A program made the translations under genes and the position numbers. The notes beneath the pieces were generated by a model. It did not search any database and was not told where the DNA came from. It saw nothing but the letters and a program-made list of their open reading frames with translations. Below, in pieces: positions 28,501 to 40,500 of a DNA stretch of 64,000 nt. Within the stretch, counting starts at the first letter, position 1. Each line of letters opens with the position of its first letter. The stretch lies in contig NC_134030.1 of NCBI RefSeq assembly GCF_964204645.1, positions 11,243,947 through 11,307,946 of the forward strand. The letters are read 5' to 3'. The DNA is from Tubulanus polymorphus. Its lineage: Eukaryota > Animalia > Nemertea.

Positions 28501-31500
28501 GACCCGCGAACACCAGCAGTTCGCCCGGAAGTTCAACGAACTCCTCGAGAATCACGACGACGTCACCGCGGGTCCACTATTGGTGAGTTAAATCAACCGG
28601 AATTAACCAATGCTTCTCTGATTTCTTCCATTTCCAGGTCCGACGAACACGAAGAACCGGCACCAAACCAAGCGCGACTCGATCCGGTCACCGCTCTCGG
28701 GAGCCCGGTGGTCAACCTCACACGTTCACTCCGCCTAAGTCCGGCGCAACATCAGCTACTCCGAAAGGGCCTAACTTATTGCCCGACTCCAAAAATCGGT
28801 TCTGATGCCGCCGCGACCGAGCGCACCAAAGGAGTGTGCCGATTCAACCGGCTAGTGAAACTCGATCATCACTTCCGAGACAAACCGGACCGCGAGGCTC
28901 CGCGTTTCCGTCTGCCCAGCAGTTGGGCTCCGGATGAAATAGAACCAGTAATCGCCGAGTTCTGCAACGACGCGCACGAATTGGCTCAACAAACCAGGGA
29001 TACGCGTCGCGTAAATGATAACCTCACTTAACAGGAACGCGAAGCCCTCCAGCAGCTGCGTGACAACACTAATATTGTCATCAAAGCCGCCGATAAGGGT
29101 TCCGCCACGGTTATCATGGACCGCGACGACTACGTCCACGAAGCCATGCGCCAACTAGCCGATCTCGAGTATTATCAGCCGCTGCAGCAACCGATCTTCG
29201 AACAGACCGGGGAAGAAATTTGCGAAATCATCGAAAATATGGCTCGACGAAAAATCATCTCGCTAAAAACCGCCGAATATCTATTACCGCCCGATAATCC
29301 GAAACAGAGGCAGTTCTATCTGCTTCCCAAAATCCATAAAGAACGCGAGAAGTGGACGGTACCCGATCGCGTACCGCCGGGGAGACCGATCGTCTCCGAC
29401 TGCGGCTCCGAAACCTACGAAATTTCGGAATGGATCGACTACTATTTGCAGCCGATCGCCCGCGGTCACCCGTCGTACGTCAAAGATACCAACCACTTTC
29501 TAGATATTTTGGCCGGTAAACAGTTTAGCGCCGATGCGTTACTCGTCACCATGGACATCGATTCGCTCTACACCAACATCCCCCACGAAGAGGGTATCGC
29601 CAGCATCCGACAAGCTCTCCGAGATAACCCAAACCCGGGACGCCCGGATGCCGAGCTGCTGAAACTACTCGAAATCAGCCTGAAGAAAAACGACTTTAAC
29701 TTTAACGAAAACACATATTTACAGGTAAAAGGTACCGCAATGGGTAAGCGTTTTGCTCCTTCTTATGCCAATATCTTTGTAGCCGAATGGGAAAAAGAAG
29801 GTCTGTCCAGAAGCGAACTCCAACCATCGCTATACGCTCGGTTCATCGACGACATCTACATAGTTTGGGAACACGGCCGCGAAACGTTGATGCAATTCAT
29901 CGACGTCTTACAAACAGTGAGCCGATCCATCAAACTCAAGTTCGAAATCAGCGACACCAGCGTCAACTTCCTGGACGTAACCACTTTCAAAGGCCCGCGA
30001 TTCGAGACAAGTGGTACAGTAGACACCAGAAAGTCTACTTCATACCAACCGATTCGCACCAATTACTACATCGATCTTCGTTTCACCCTAAACACACATT
30101 TTCCGGTATAGTTAAAAGTCAAATTCTCCTGTTCCGGCGCATCTGCAATAACGATTCGGACCTACACGCAGCGCGAAGCTCTACGGCACCACGCCGAACG
30201 AGATCTACGAGAACAACAACGGACCAACGAACCACCGAAAAAGCGTTTACCGCTTATCTTACCTCACTCCGAAGCCAACCGAACCCTAGCCCGTAACATC
30301 CGAACCAGATTTACGGAACTGGCTACGGCCACCGGCCGGTCGGACGAGGTAACCACGGTCACCGCCTACACCAAGCACAAGAGTCTCAAAGATCTCCTAA
30401 CTTCGTCGCAGCTCAAACCCACGGAGCCACCCCCTCCCCGAGTCCCCTCTTCACCGCATCGTAACAGAAATACTTCCGTTGTTTCCAATTCTTCTATTTC
30501 CAGGTCTACTCAAAGAACTCCGTCAACCCGACGTCGAGGCACCAAGAAATGCAGAACACCGAGATGTCGTACGTGTCCACTCGTCCGAGAAACAACCGTT
30601 TGCCGCAGCCACAACAAAATGCACGCGATCCGCAGCACAATTAATTAAGCGACCCGTGAAATTGTATACTGCATCGAATGCACCAAGTGCAACATGCTGT
30701 ACGTCGGCCAAACCGGAATGTCTCTACGAGAACGCGTCACGCATCACGTCTCACGCATCAGAACGAAGAATTCGACCCCAGTCTCGGACCACTTCAACCA
30801 AGTCGACAACACCCGCGAACACTTTCGGGTGTACGGTCTCCAACACCTACCAGGCTCCACGAGACCGATCCGCGAAGCAGCCGAAGAAGACTGGATACGA
30901 CGACTCGACACGAACACGCCCCAAGGCATGAACGTCCCGTAGACCACCTCACTACAACAATTAACTCTTACTACTTTTTTACAGGGATAACCCGCTGCCC
31001 GTGCACTAGTGGGGTCTCCAAACCTTCGGTTTGGTCCCCTAACCTCTATCTCTAAACCTAACCACTAGTCCCCTATTCTTGAATCTTACCAAAGTGTTTC
31101 GATTTCATCGATCGCGACTTATTAATGCTCAAACTCGCACGACTACTGTCTGTCACACATGCTCTTCGTGCGACGTTTTGGTTCGTAATTTCGTTAATAA
31201 TCGGTTGATCTGTAAATATTATGCATCAATTTGTTCAGTAAGGAATTTGCATTCAGAAATAAATCATGAACTGGCATAAATTTGTTTGTGTTTTCTTCTA
31301 TCAGCGATAGTTTACCTAGCATACGCTCGCGTAATGCTGAAAAACGGCTTTTGTGGCCCGTCACGTGGCGCCACCTACTGTATTTTGATATGCTAATGAG
31401 CAGGTGATGACGTCACTGTAACGTTTCCGAGCGTCCGCGGAGCGGATTTTTCAGCATTACGCGAGCGTATGCCGAGTAAACTATCGCTCATAAATGAAAA

Positions 31501-34500
31501 CAAAAACAACTTAAGTGAAAATTGTTGTTTATTTCTGAATGCAAATTCCTCACTGAACAAATTGATGCTTAATAAAGGTAGATAAACCGATTATTAACGA
31601 AATTACGGACCAAAACGTCGCACGGAGAGTAGGTGTGACAGACAGTAGGTATTAGCGGTGAATGTACTGGGCAATAAGTAGTTTATATCAAAACACGAAG
31701 TGTATCAAGCGAAGACCAGACTTCATTACTGGGTGTGTTCGACTGTGTCAACGGTGTTAGACAGGGAGATTCACTTTCTCCAAGTCTGGCTGCATTATTA
31801 GGGTTTTCTGTTTCTTCACAGAAAACCCTATTGAGATTCGAGTGATTATTATTAGGGTTTTCTGTTTCTTCACAGAAAACCCTATTGAAATTCGCGTGAT
31901 TAGGGTTTTCTGTTGCTTCACAGAAAACCCTATTGAAATTCGGGTGATTATTATTTTTTTTCCCCTTTTCCACATAGTTTTTGTTAAAAGTGTAAAGGCT
32001 TCCTTACCTTACCGCTGTGGCCAATCCGTATGATATCCTTCAGCTCACTTCAATCTCCAGATACTGCATGGGAATTTTGATAAATCCACGTTATAAAGGC
32101 ACTGTCGAGCCGTAAACATCGGAAATTTGGCTCTGTTCAATTAGAAGCCATGTTGTGTTTTCTTACCGATATTTCTCTCTTCTTTTCGAGGAAGAGCTAT
32201 CGAATAATTCCCTCTCTTCTCCACAATCAATTTCAAAGTCAATTTTATGAATTTATTGCTCAGCGGGTCCGAGTCCAAGAGTTTACGAGTCCGGCGTTCG
32301 CGTGTCTGACAGGTTTACGGGCATTTGTTTGTTACCTCTTTAATATTTTTGATTTCTTGTTATTCCGGTTATATTATTTAAGTATATTGCTGATCAGTTC
32401 ATGTAACCAAAAGCGTCAATAAACCGACTTTGAATTGATCAAGTTTAAATCAAGGTCGTTGAGTCGCGGAAGGCTACTAGAATTACGTTCGGCATCAGAC
32501 CACAATTAGGTTAGAAGCTCGAAGATGCGTAGGGCCGGACCCCAAAAATAGTACCTAGAGTGAAGAAGAGGTCCCCCATAAATGTAGCCATAATTTCTGC
32601 AAATGGGATAGGTAACGAATTTCGGTTATATGTATGAAATCCATTGATCCTGAGAGACAGCTTGATGATGAAATAAGGGATTCCTTGGACTTTTTTTGCT
32701 TGGAGTAAGGGTACCAAACACGGTGGGGGATTCCCTTAGATATTTGGCTCGGATGTACTGGCATACCTTAGTCAGTAACCTGTCTGTGGTTTAGTTTCAC
32801 AATCGGATATTTTCACAAACCACAGTCAGGAATGGGAAGGTCATTTTTGTATGAAATCTTCGTCAGCCAATCTGACTGACGAGTAATTTGCCTGGCATTT
32901 CATTGCCTCTTAAGATATCCGTCTAATTTTTGTTGTAATCGACGCACAACAGATTCGTTGTTTGTCTGATACCTATAACACCTCACCTGACGATCTTAAT
33001 CCATGTGCAAATCGGCCGTAAAGTGAGAGTAAATTTCCGTCGGGTCAACAGCTGCCATTTTGAAAATTACTGGAGGTGCTGGCACCTGTGGACTGAGGCC
33101 AGGACAACAGCACAAACTAACGAAGCGAAACGACGAAATTGAAAAAAATTAAGAAATCAACACTTATTCACATTTTTCTTTTACCAGAATTTATTATTTC
33201 ATAATTTAATATGGAAAACCTGAAGATTTGAAATATAAGTTGGAAAACCATCAAAAATAAAAATTGTCGTTTCGTCTTGGAAGTTTTATATAAATCCTTG
33301 TAGGTCCCCTTGTCTTATCATGCCACATGTGCAATACAGAGAAATGGCGGCCAATGGCGAAATTGGTGGAGAAATTAATTAATTTCTCAAAATAATGTTG
33401 ATTAACCACTCGAAACATACATAAAATTGGATTATTTCGAAAGGTACCTGTGTTAGTTTGTGAATTAAGCCATTAATTGTGGACTGAATTGAATATAAAG
33501 TATATTTTTGAAGTGTTACTTTTTTCAACCGTGTTTTGGTCCTTGTCATCCCTAACGTTGGTATAAGCCCATCCGATTATAAAAAGCTTACCACCAACGA
33601 TTAGGTAACTAACTAGGCATACCTGTACTGGGATACCCCTCCTTTCTAAAGGTTTGATTATTTCAAAAGTTAGGTTGGGTATGTGGGGCGAAAACCACTT
33701 CAATGCGTAGCTAAGATGCTGGCCTATGAGCCATAAGCAGGATTTCCCCTGAATTTACGCGCTTATATATGAACTAAACTTCTCTCAAAATTTCTTGTTT
33801 TTACTATAGGATATAGAAGATTTTGGAATAGTGGTCTAAGCTCGTTCGTCTTCGTCTCAGAGAGAAAACAAACGACAGAAAAGTATCAGGTGATTATCCA
33901 TAGCCTACAACGGTACACACAGTTGACAAACAGTGTTAGGCCTGTGCCGGTTTGTGCGTACTGGGACTAAATATACTGGTTGGTCAGTTGGTTCGGTTGT
34001 GAAGTGTGGAAGCTAAGATTATAAGAAAGCCTACCGGTATTTATTTGTCTATAGGCCTATTATATAGAAGCCTATACCATTTTAAGTACGTAGTTGTTAA
34101 CCGCACGAGACTGTACGGTGATCTCCACAGGTTAACCGCGTACGTGAGGTCCCTACTAAGACTATAATGCCATACGTGAGTTCCTAGTAGCCAATACCAT
34201 TTTAAGTACGAAATTGTAACGCGTACGTGACTGTACGGTGATATCCACAGGTTAACCGTACGTGAGTTCCCTACTAACGCCGTACGTGAGTTCCTAGTAG
34301 CCAATACCATTTTAAGTACGAAATTGTAACGCGTACGTGACTGTACGGTGATATCCACAGGTTAACCGTACGTGAGTTCCCTAAAAACGCTGTACGTGAG
34401 TTCCTATAATCTGCAAACGCGCATGCGTAAAAGAATAGAGTTTGGGTTAGGTGAGGCTAGGCTATTTGTAAATCAAATTTCATCGACCACCAGTTACGTT

Positions 34501-37500
34501 CTGTGGCACAGTGGGTAAATCACTGGACTACTACTGGATTTTTATTTCGTTTGGTTTCGAATCCCAATATTGCAAGTCTGAGCGTCAACGTACTCACATA
34601 CGGCTAACCTGTAGAAATCACCGACCAGTCACGTACAGGTAACAACAGCATTTTAAGTATTAAGTGAGTATGACAAGCCTACCATGCCTATGTACTACAA
34701 ACACAACTTTTTCCCTCTCGTCGGCCTTACAGTGATGTTACTATAACTGGTGCAATTATAACATGGATAGGATTTGGTCAGGACTAGCCTAAATTCTAAT
34801 TCAGTCTTTGTACTAATTCACTCGATAGGCCTATTTTTAAAACAATACAGTGAAGTATTCACACGCAGAAAGGCTAATTGATTTGAGCCATGTGATTAAA
34901 TTTGGTCAGGCCTTCTATGACCTGCTGACATTAATAGTCAAACCAAAACGTTCATGTGGTCACGGCTTGTATACCAGAAATCATTGTAGGCCTGTACATT
35001 TTGCTGTTCGTAGTGATCCGCAGCAAGATTTCGTAGTAGCTAAAAATGTTGTAATGTTGATTTCCTGAATGCGTTGGTGGTTATTAATGGTTTCAGACAA
35101 CAAACGTAGTAAGATGTAGTAAGCAGGTTGTTGTTTGATGCTTTGATCTATCAGCGCTGACCATAAATCAGCCTGGTGTAAAAATAATTCTTTCTCGATT
35201 CTTCTGCTGCGTTATCTGGCAAACATTCAGAAATCTTTTTATAAACTTAAGAATAGACGGAACCGTATTTGGTCGGAACAATGGGTTGCATTAGTTATGC
35301 GGCTGGTGAAAGAATCACGCTGTTACTTCATGATACTCCCGACTACTTTCTATAAAAAGAAAAACGGAAGTATGGGGAGATATTGTTGTTTTGCTTTATG
35401 CCGTATTGTAATCAAATTTATTTAGTATAACAGTTATAGAATGATTTTAAGAAAGATAATGGATCATAATGAAGTTCCGAATCAAAAGTATTTATAATAA
35501 TTCAAAAAGAAATAATCAGTGGTACCGTAATCTGAGACAAATACTATAGGTTCAAAAATATATTTAATTTGAATATCCTAGATGTTAATTGAGAACAGTC
35601 TCTATAATCGCTAAAGTTTTAAGAAAATTAATTTGTGTTAAATGATCATACTAGCTCTCTAAAGTTTCTTTTGTTGTATACGTCTGTTGGTAACTCGCTG
35701 AGAGTAGCTGTTTTCTCAACGATGATAAGCAAGGAGTGAGTAAATCATTCCGCGTCATGACAGGAGGGTTGGAAGGAAAAAGTTAGTTTAGCAAATCAGT
35801 TTCTCAAATAATTTTAGATCAGCGAATCATTAAGGCTAAATTCTATATGACCAAAACAGTCATGACAGTAAGGTTGCTGCTCCTTGCCATAAGTCGAGTG
35901 GGAGAGTCGGTATTTTAAGAATGCCGATTCTTTCTATAAAAGGGATCCGCATCTTGAGAGAGCAGACACTCGGGAGTCACTCGGCAGACACTCAAAAGAT
36001 ACTCGTAGTTACTTGTTAAAAGCTGGTCTGGGACTTGATTCAGGACGGGTTACCAACAGGAGAGTGCAATAGGAATTTAGAGCTAGGATTTGGATTGTGT
36101 TGAACTGGAGAACTGTGTTTGAATATTAAGGTAAATAAATTCATCTTGTATTGTTATATCCATTCAAAATTTCCGGTATTCTAGTTTTACTTGGGTTTGT
36201 GCGCGGACACGTTCTCTCGCCAGGGACCGATTATTGCTTTTATTAATTAACGACTAAGGAAAGGATTGTGGCCGGCGTATCAGTAGGTTTGGTATACCGA
36301 TTTCTCCATACTTGACTGATAAGTGCTGCTGTACGCATTATACAATTGTTCCAATGGGAATAGGGCCTATTTATTGGGCTTATTATTTCCTGCTTCAGAA
36401 TACTGAAATAAGCCCAACGTTCATTCAAATATCCAACATCGGTGTAAGTTTGATTACTGTATACATGTACTGTAGGTTTTCATGTTGTATGAATATTTTG
36501 CAGTTAAAATGGGTATGATGCTGATTCCAATGTCAAACGCATGAAGTTAGATGGTCAAGGACAGTCAACACCAAGATATCTCTCTTCGACCGATGTTGCA
36601 CCATAGATCTGATTCTTTCAACTCAAGGAAAGTGATTCAACACGATCGACATAACACTGGAATAGGAACTGTTAACAAAAGACAAGTTGAAAAAACAGAA
36701 GTTATGCTTGATTCTCATGTTCAAATTTAATTCAAATTTATTTTATTACATCATATTTACAAAGCATATCATTGGTTCATACAGTAATAAAAATTAGGAC
36801 AGAACAAATATTATTACAGAATTTCCAAAAGGCAATGAATTTCTATAACTGAATGAACTTATTTTTCTAATAACTCGGATCAAGAGTGACTCTCCTGTTT
36901 ATTAGGAAACACACGCAACTAGTGGAATAGGTTTGATTTACACACATGTTGCAGGTATCAATTGTTTATCACTGTAGAATTTGTAAACCATAAAAGCCAA
37001 AATCAACATCAGCCGGAAACCCAGACCAAATCAATTCATAATTTATTGATTGAATCTACACTACAATATATTATTTATTCAAATATTTCAATAAAAACAT
37101 TAACTTCTTAAATCTATTCTAAATCATAGTACGTTCTTATCTGTAAATTCACTAAATCTATCGACTCAGCAGGTGCTTAAGATGAGTTCTTAATAGGACA
37201 GATCCATTTTTAAGGATGGTGATAATACAGTATCATGATGTTTGAATGCCAAAATAAATGCCTGGTCAAATAAATTAATATTTGTGATTGTACGTCCGCG
37301 TATGTTCGGTTTCAAAGCTGAATCATATTTGACGTTTACACAGCATATTAGGTTCGAATCTGTCAATGCATTTTATTCTATGTATCGATATTTCAATTTA
37401 CTACAATTCCCATCATTCTGAATGGCTTTGCAGAAAACCCGTTATCGCTGCTTGGCAGCTATATTTATTTTTTCCCTTTTCCACACAGTTTTCGTTAAAA

Positions 37501-40500
37501 GTGTAAAGGTTTCCTCACCTTACCGCTGTCGCCGATACAATCCGTATGATATCCTTCAGCTCACTTCAATCTCCAGATACTGCATGGGAATTTTGATAAA
37601 TCCACGTTATAAAGGCACTGTCGAGCTGTAAACATCGGAAATTTGGCCCCGTTTAATAAGTAGCCATAATGTTGTGTTTTCTTTCCGATATTTCTCTCTT
37701 CTTTTTGAGGAAGAGCTATTGAATATTCCCTCTCTCTCCACAATCAATTTCAAAGTCAATTTCATGAATTTATTGCTCACCGGGTCCGAGTCCCAGAGTT
37801 TACGAGTCCGGCGTTTGCGTGTCCGACAGGTTTAAGGGCATTTGTTTGTTAGCTCTTTAATATTTTTTGATTTCTTGTTATAACGGTTATTTTATTTAAG
37901 CATATTTCTGATCTGGTCATGTAACCAGAAGTGTCAATAAATAGATTTTGAATTGATCATGTTTAAATCAAGGTCGTTGAGTCGCGGGTGGCTACTAGAA
38001 TTAGGTTCGACTCAGAGAGAAAACAAACGACAGAAAAGTATCAGGTCATTACGATAACCTACTACGGAACACACAGTTGACAAACAGTGTTAGGCCTGTG
38101 CCGGTTGGTGCGTATTGGTACTAAAATATACTGGTAGGTCAGTTAGTTCGGTTGTGAAGTGTGGAAGCTAAGAAAGCCTACCAGTATTTATTTGTCTATA
38201 GGCCTAATATGTAATAGATGAAATCTCAGTGACGGACGCCTAGTTACACAGCCATTGATTTAAATTCAACCCGCATGATTAGAATTTGAATAAATATTCC
38301 CGTAGCCGTCGTCGACTTCGTGGTGAAAGAAAATTTACCCCAAATATTGTCTTCGATAAAAAGTATGGACACCAGAAAATTTGCTCTTTTGTGAATAAAT
38401 ATTTCATAAATCTCTCAGAGGAAAATCACTTTTAGAAATTAATCCGATACGTAGAAAAATTGTACGGTACATCATTGAACACCCGGCAGTTCACAGGAGA
38501 GGATAAATTGATATACCGTACTAAATCATAGAACTCAAATGAAGAAATTGAATAGATAGGGAAACCTCTGTGAAACGAAACTGGTCCTGGGCTCATTCCA
38601 AGACGATGCAAAGCGGTGAACTGCAAGCTAGCCTGGAAATTATTTAGTATAAGCCTATTGCAAATCGCTAATTCACATTTCAAAGAAGACGAATTCTGTG
38701 AGAAAATAATTTAGGACGCAACAAAATATGCATCACGAATGTGCACAAAAAGTATTTATTTCTCTGTGAGAAAAATATCCAAAAATTCGGCAGAAGAAAA
38801 ATAGAATTTTCTTTTTTCAAAGTTGTTTTCTTATTTTTCATTATACCCATGGGATTGTGCTTTCCTTAAAGAACCAAAGATCCTGTCTAAATTGTTTTTT
38901 CTGGATATCGCACCGATAATAAGCGGCGCACGTGGCTCAAGTCTATTTATTTTTGATTGTCCACGATCTTTTTGGGATATTTCGCTTAATTTTGGGTGTG
39001 CATACCTCAAATAGGTCTTAATCGAATTAGTAGAGTTGTGCAGTTAAGTACTGGTTCAAGTCCAGTATAGCGTGCAATAGTTCCCCGCTCATAGATACAT
39101 TTTTAGAAAAGGAGTAAATCGGCTGCGTACTTTTCAAGACAAACGGACAAACCGACATACCGACAAACCGACATAGTCCCTCGATCCAGCCACGGGTAAT
39201 CCACGGAAAAACCCTGTCCCTCGATCCTAGCCACATTATATAAGGGTAATCCACGCAACCACACAGCCCCTCGATCCTAGCCACTTTATATGAGGGTAAT
39301 CGGCGGGTAATCCACGCATATACCCAGCCCCTCGGTCCCAGTCACTTCATATAAGGGTAATCCATGTACCACACAGCCCCTCGATCCCAGCCAATTTATA
39401 CAAGGGTAATCCAGGTACATACCCAGCCCCTCGATCCCAGCCACTTTATATAAGGGTAAGTTATTATAGTCATATATAAGTCCATTATAGCATTAAATAG
39501 TTCCAGCAGAGACTTATCACATTGGACTGGTATTTGGAATTAATCCGCCAATATTGGACTGATTGAATCTTACGACATTACGCCATAGGGACGTGCGAAA
39601 ATACCGACATACCGACGAACCGACAAACCGACAAACCGACGAACCGAGATACCGACGAACCGACAAATCCGTGCGTGGATTACCCTTATATAAAGTGGCT
39701 GGGATCGAGGGGCTGGGTATGTACCTGGATTACCCTTGTATAAATTGGCTGGGATCGAGGGGCTGTGTGGTCTCTGAAATTTTGGATTATTTATAGGTTC
39801 ATCTTCGACTATAACCTAGTCAACCTACTGCAAGATGGATTTAAAGCGACCGTTAACTATTATGTGCATCGGAGGTAAATTTTCTGAAGATGATGTGGTT
39901 GTTTCGCTCGGAAACAACATTTCTAATGTTCGAGCTAATATACAAATACTGAAAATGGGTGAACGTAGAATAACATTCACCTATGTAGAATCCTTGAATA
40001 CATGTGTTAGGAGTGATCCAAAGGTAAAAAATCGGCAAATTAAAACTTTTATGGTTGATGAATTGCCCAACACTACGAATGTAACCAAAAAAGACGCTGC
40101 GGTCGAATCATCTGATGCGTCCATCGCCACACAACTGTCCAGATTCGGCTAAGTTGTATACGGCAGCATTCGCAGTGGAGAGATAAAAAATACTGAGATT
40201 CTGAATGGGACAATATACGCAAAGATGATCGAAGTACAAGATATAGTTCAAGTTGAGACAAAATTTGGCAAATTCGATGTTAGAATTTATTGTGACAATA
40301 ACAAGACGCAGTGCCGGTGTTGCTGGGATACCGATCACTCATATTTCCGTTGTCTTTTGCGCTCGCGGAAATTGTGCTTCAAGTGCAAACTTGCAGATCA
40401 TCTGGCGGCGGATTGCTCATTAGGCATTGTTTGTTTTTATTGCCAGACTGAAGGAAACAAAAAAAACTGATTGCGCTAGACTACGGGAAGTTCAGACAAA

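Larger units (their letters stand above)
27713..31070 (+). mobile_element. Penelope-like retroelement, Neptune-type (SGNH-like ORF1 + RT + Cys linker + GIY-YIG), GC-rich, with splice acceptors
   Basis: RT motifs FYLLPKIHK, PGRPIVS, TMDIDSLYTNIP, GTAMG..APSYAN, RFIDD; CRTPRCRTC linker; IVYCIECTKCNMLYVGQTG..RE..H..EEDWI..L.T..PQGMN endonuclease. Abrupt GC/CpG rise at 27713. Confidence 0.93.

Noticed and set aside
30461-30503. 43-nt GT-AG intron in the PLE linker
   Set aside because: Removing it shifts the frame away from the Cys linker/GIY-YIG, whereas the unspliced frame is open. Only the acceptor is retained as an observation.
31797-31950. Palindromic direct repeats resembling a CRISPR array
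   Set aside because: No unique spacers, eukaryotic context, no cas genes; explained as a triplicated Helentron 5' hairpin.
34495-34570. tRNA gene candidate (A- and B-box-like motifs)
   Set aside because: No foldable cloverleaf; degenerate head within a repeat.
35755-36290. Possible solo LTR (TATA-like tataaaag, downstream aataaa)
   Set aside because: Could not define TG...CA ends with a TSD.
36312-36402. 91-nt candidate exon within Helentron unit 1
   Set aside because: Open only as phase 2-0, incompatible with the phase-1 array; may be cargo or chance.
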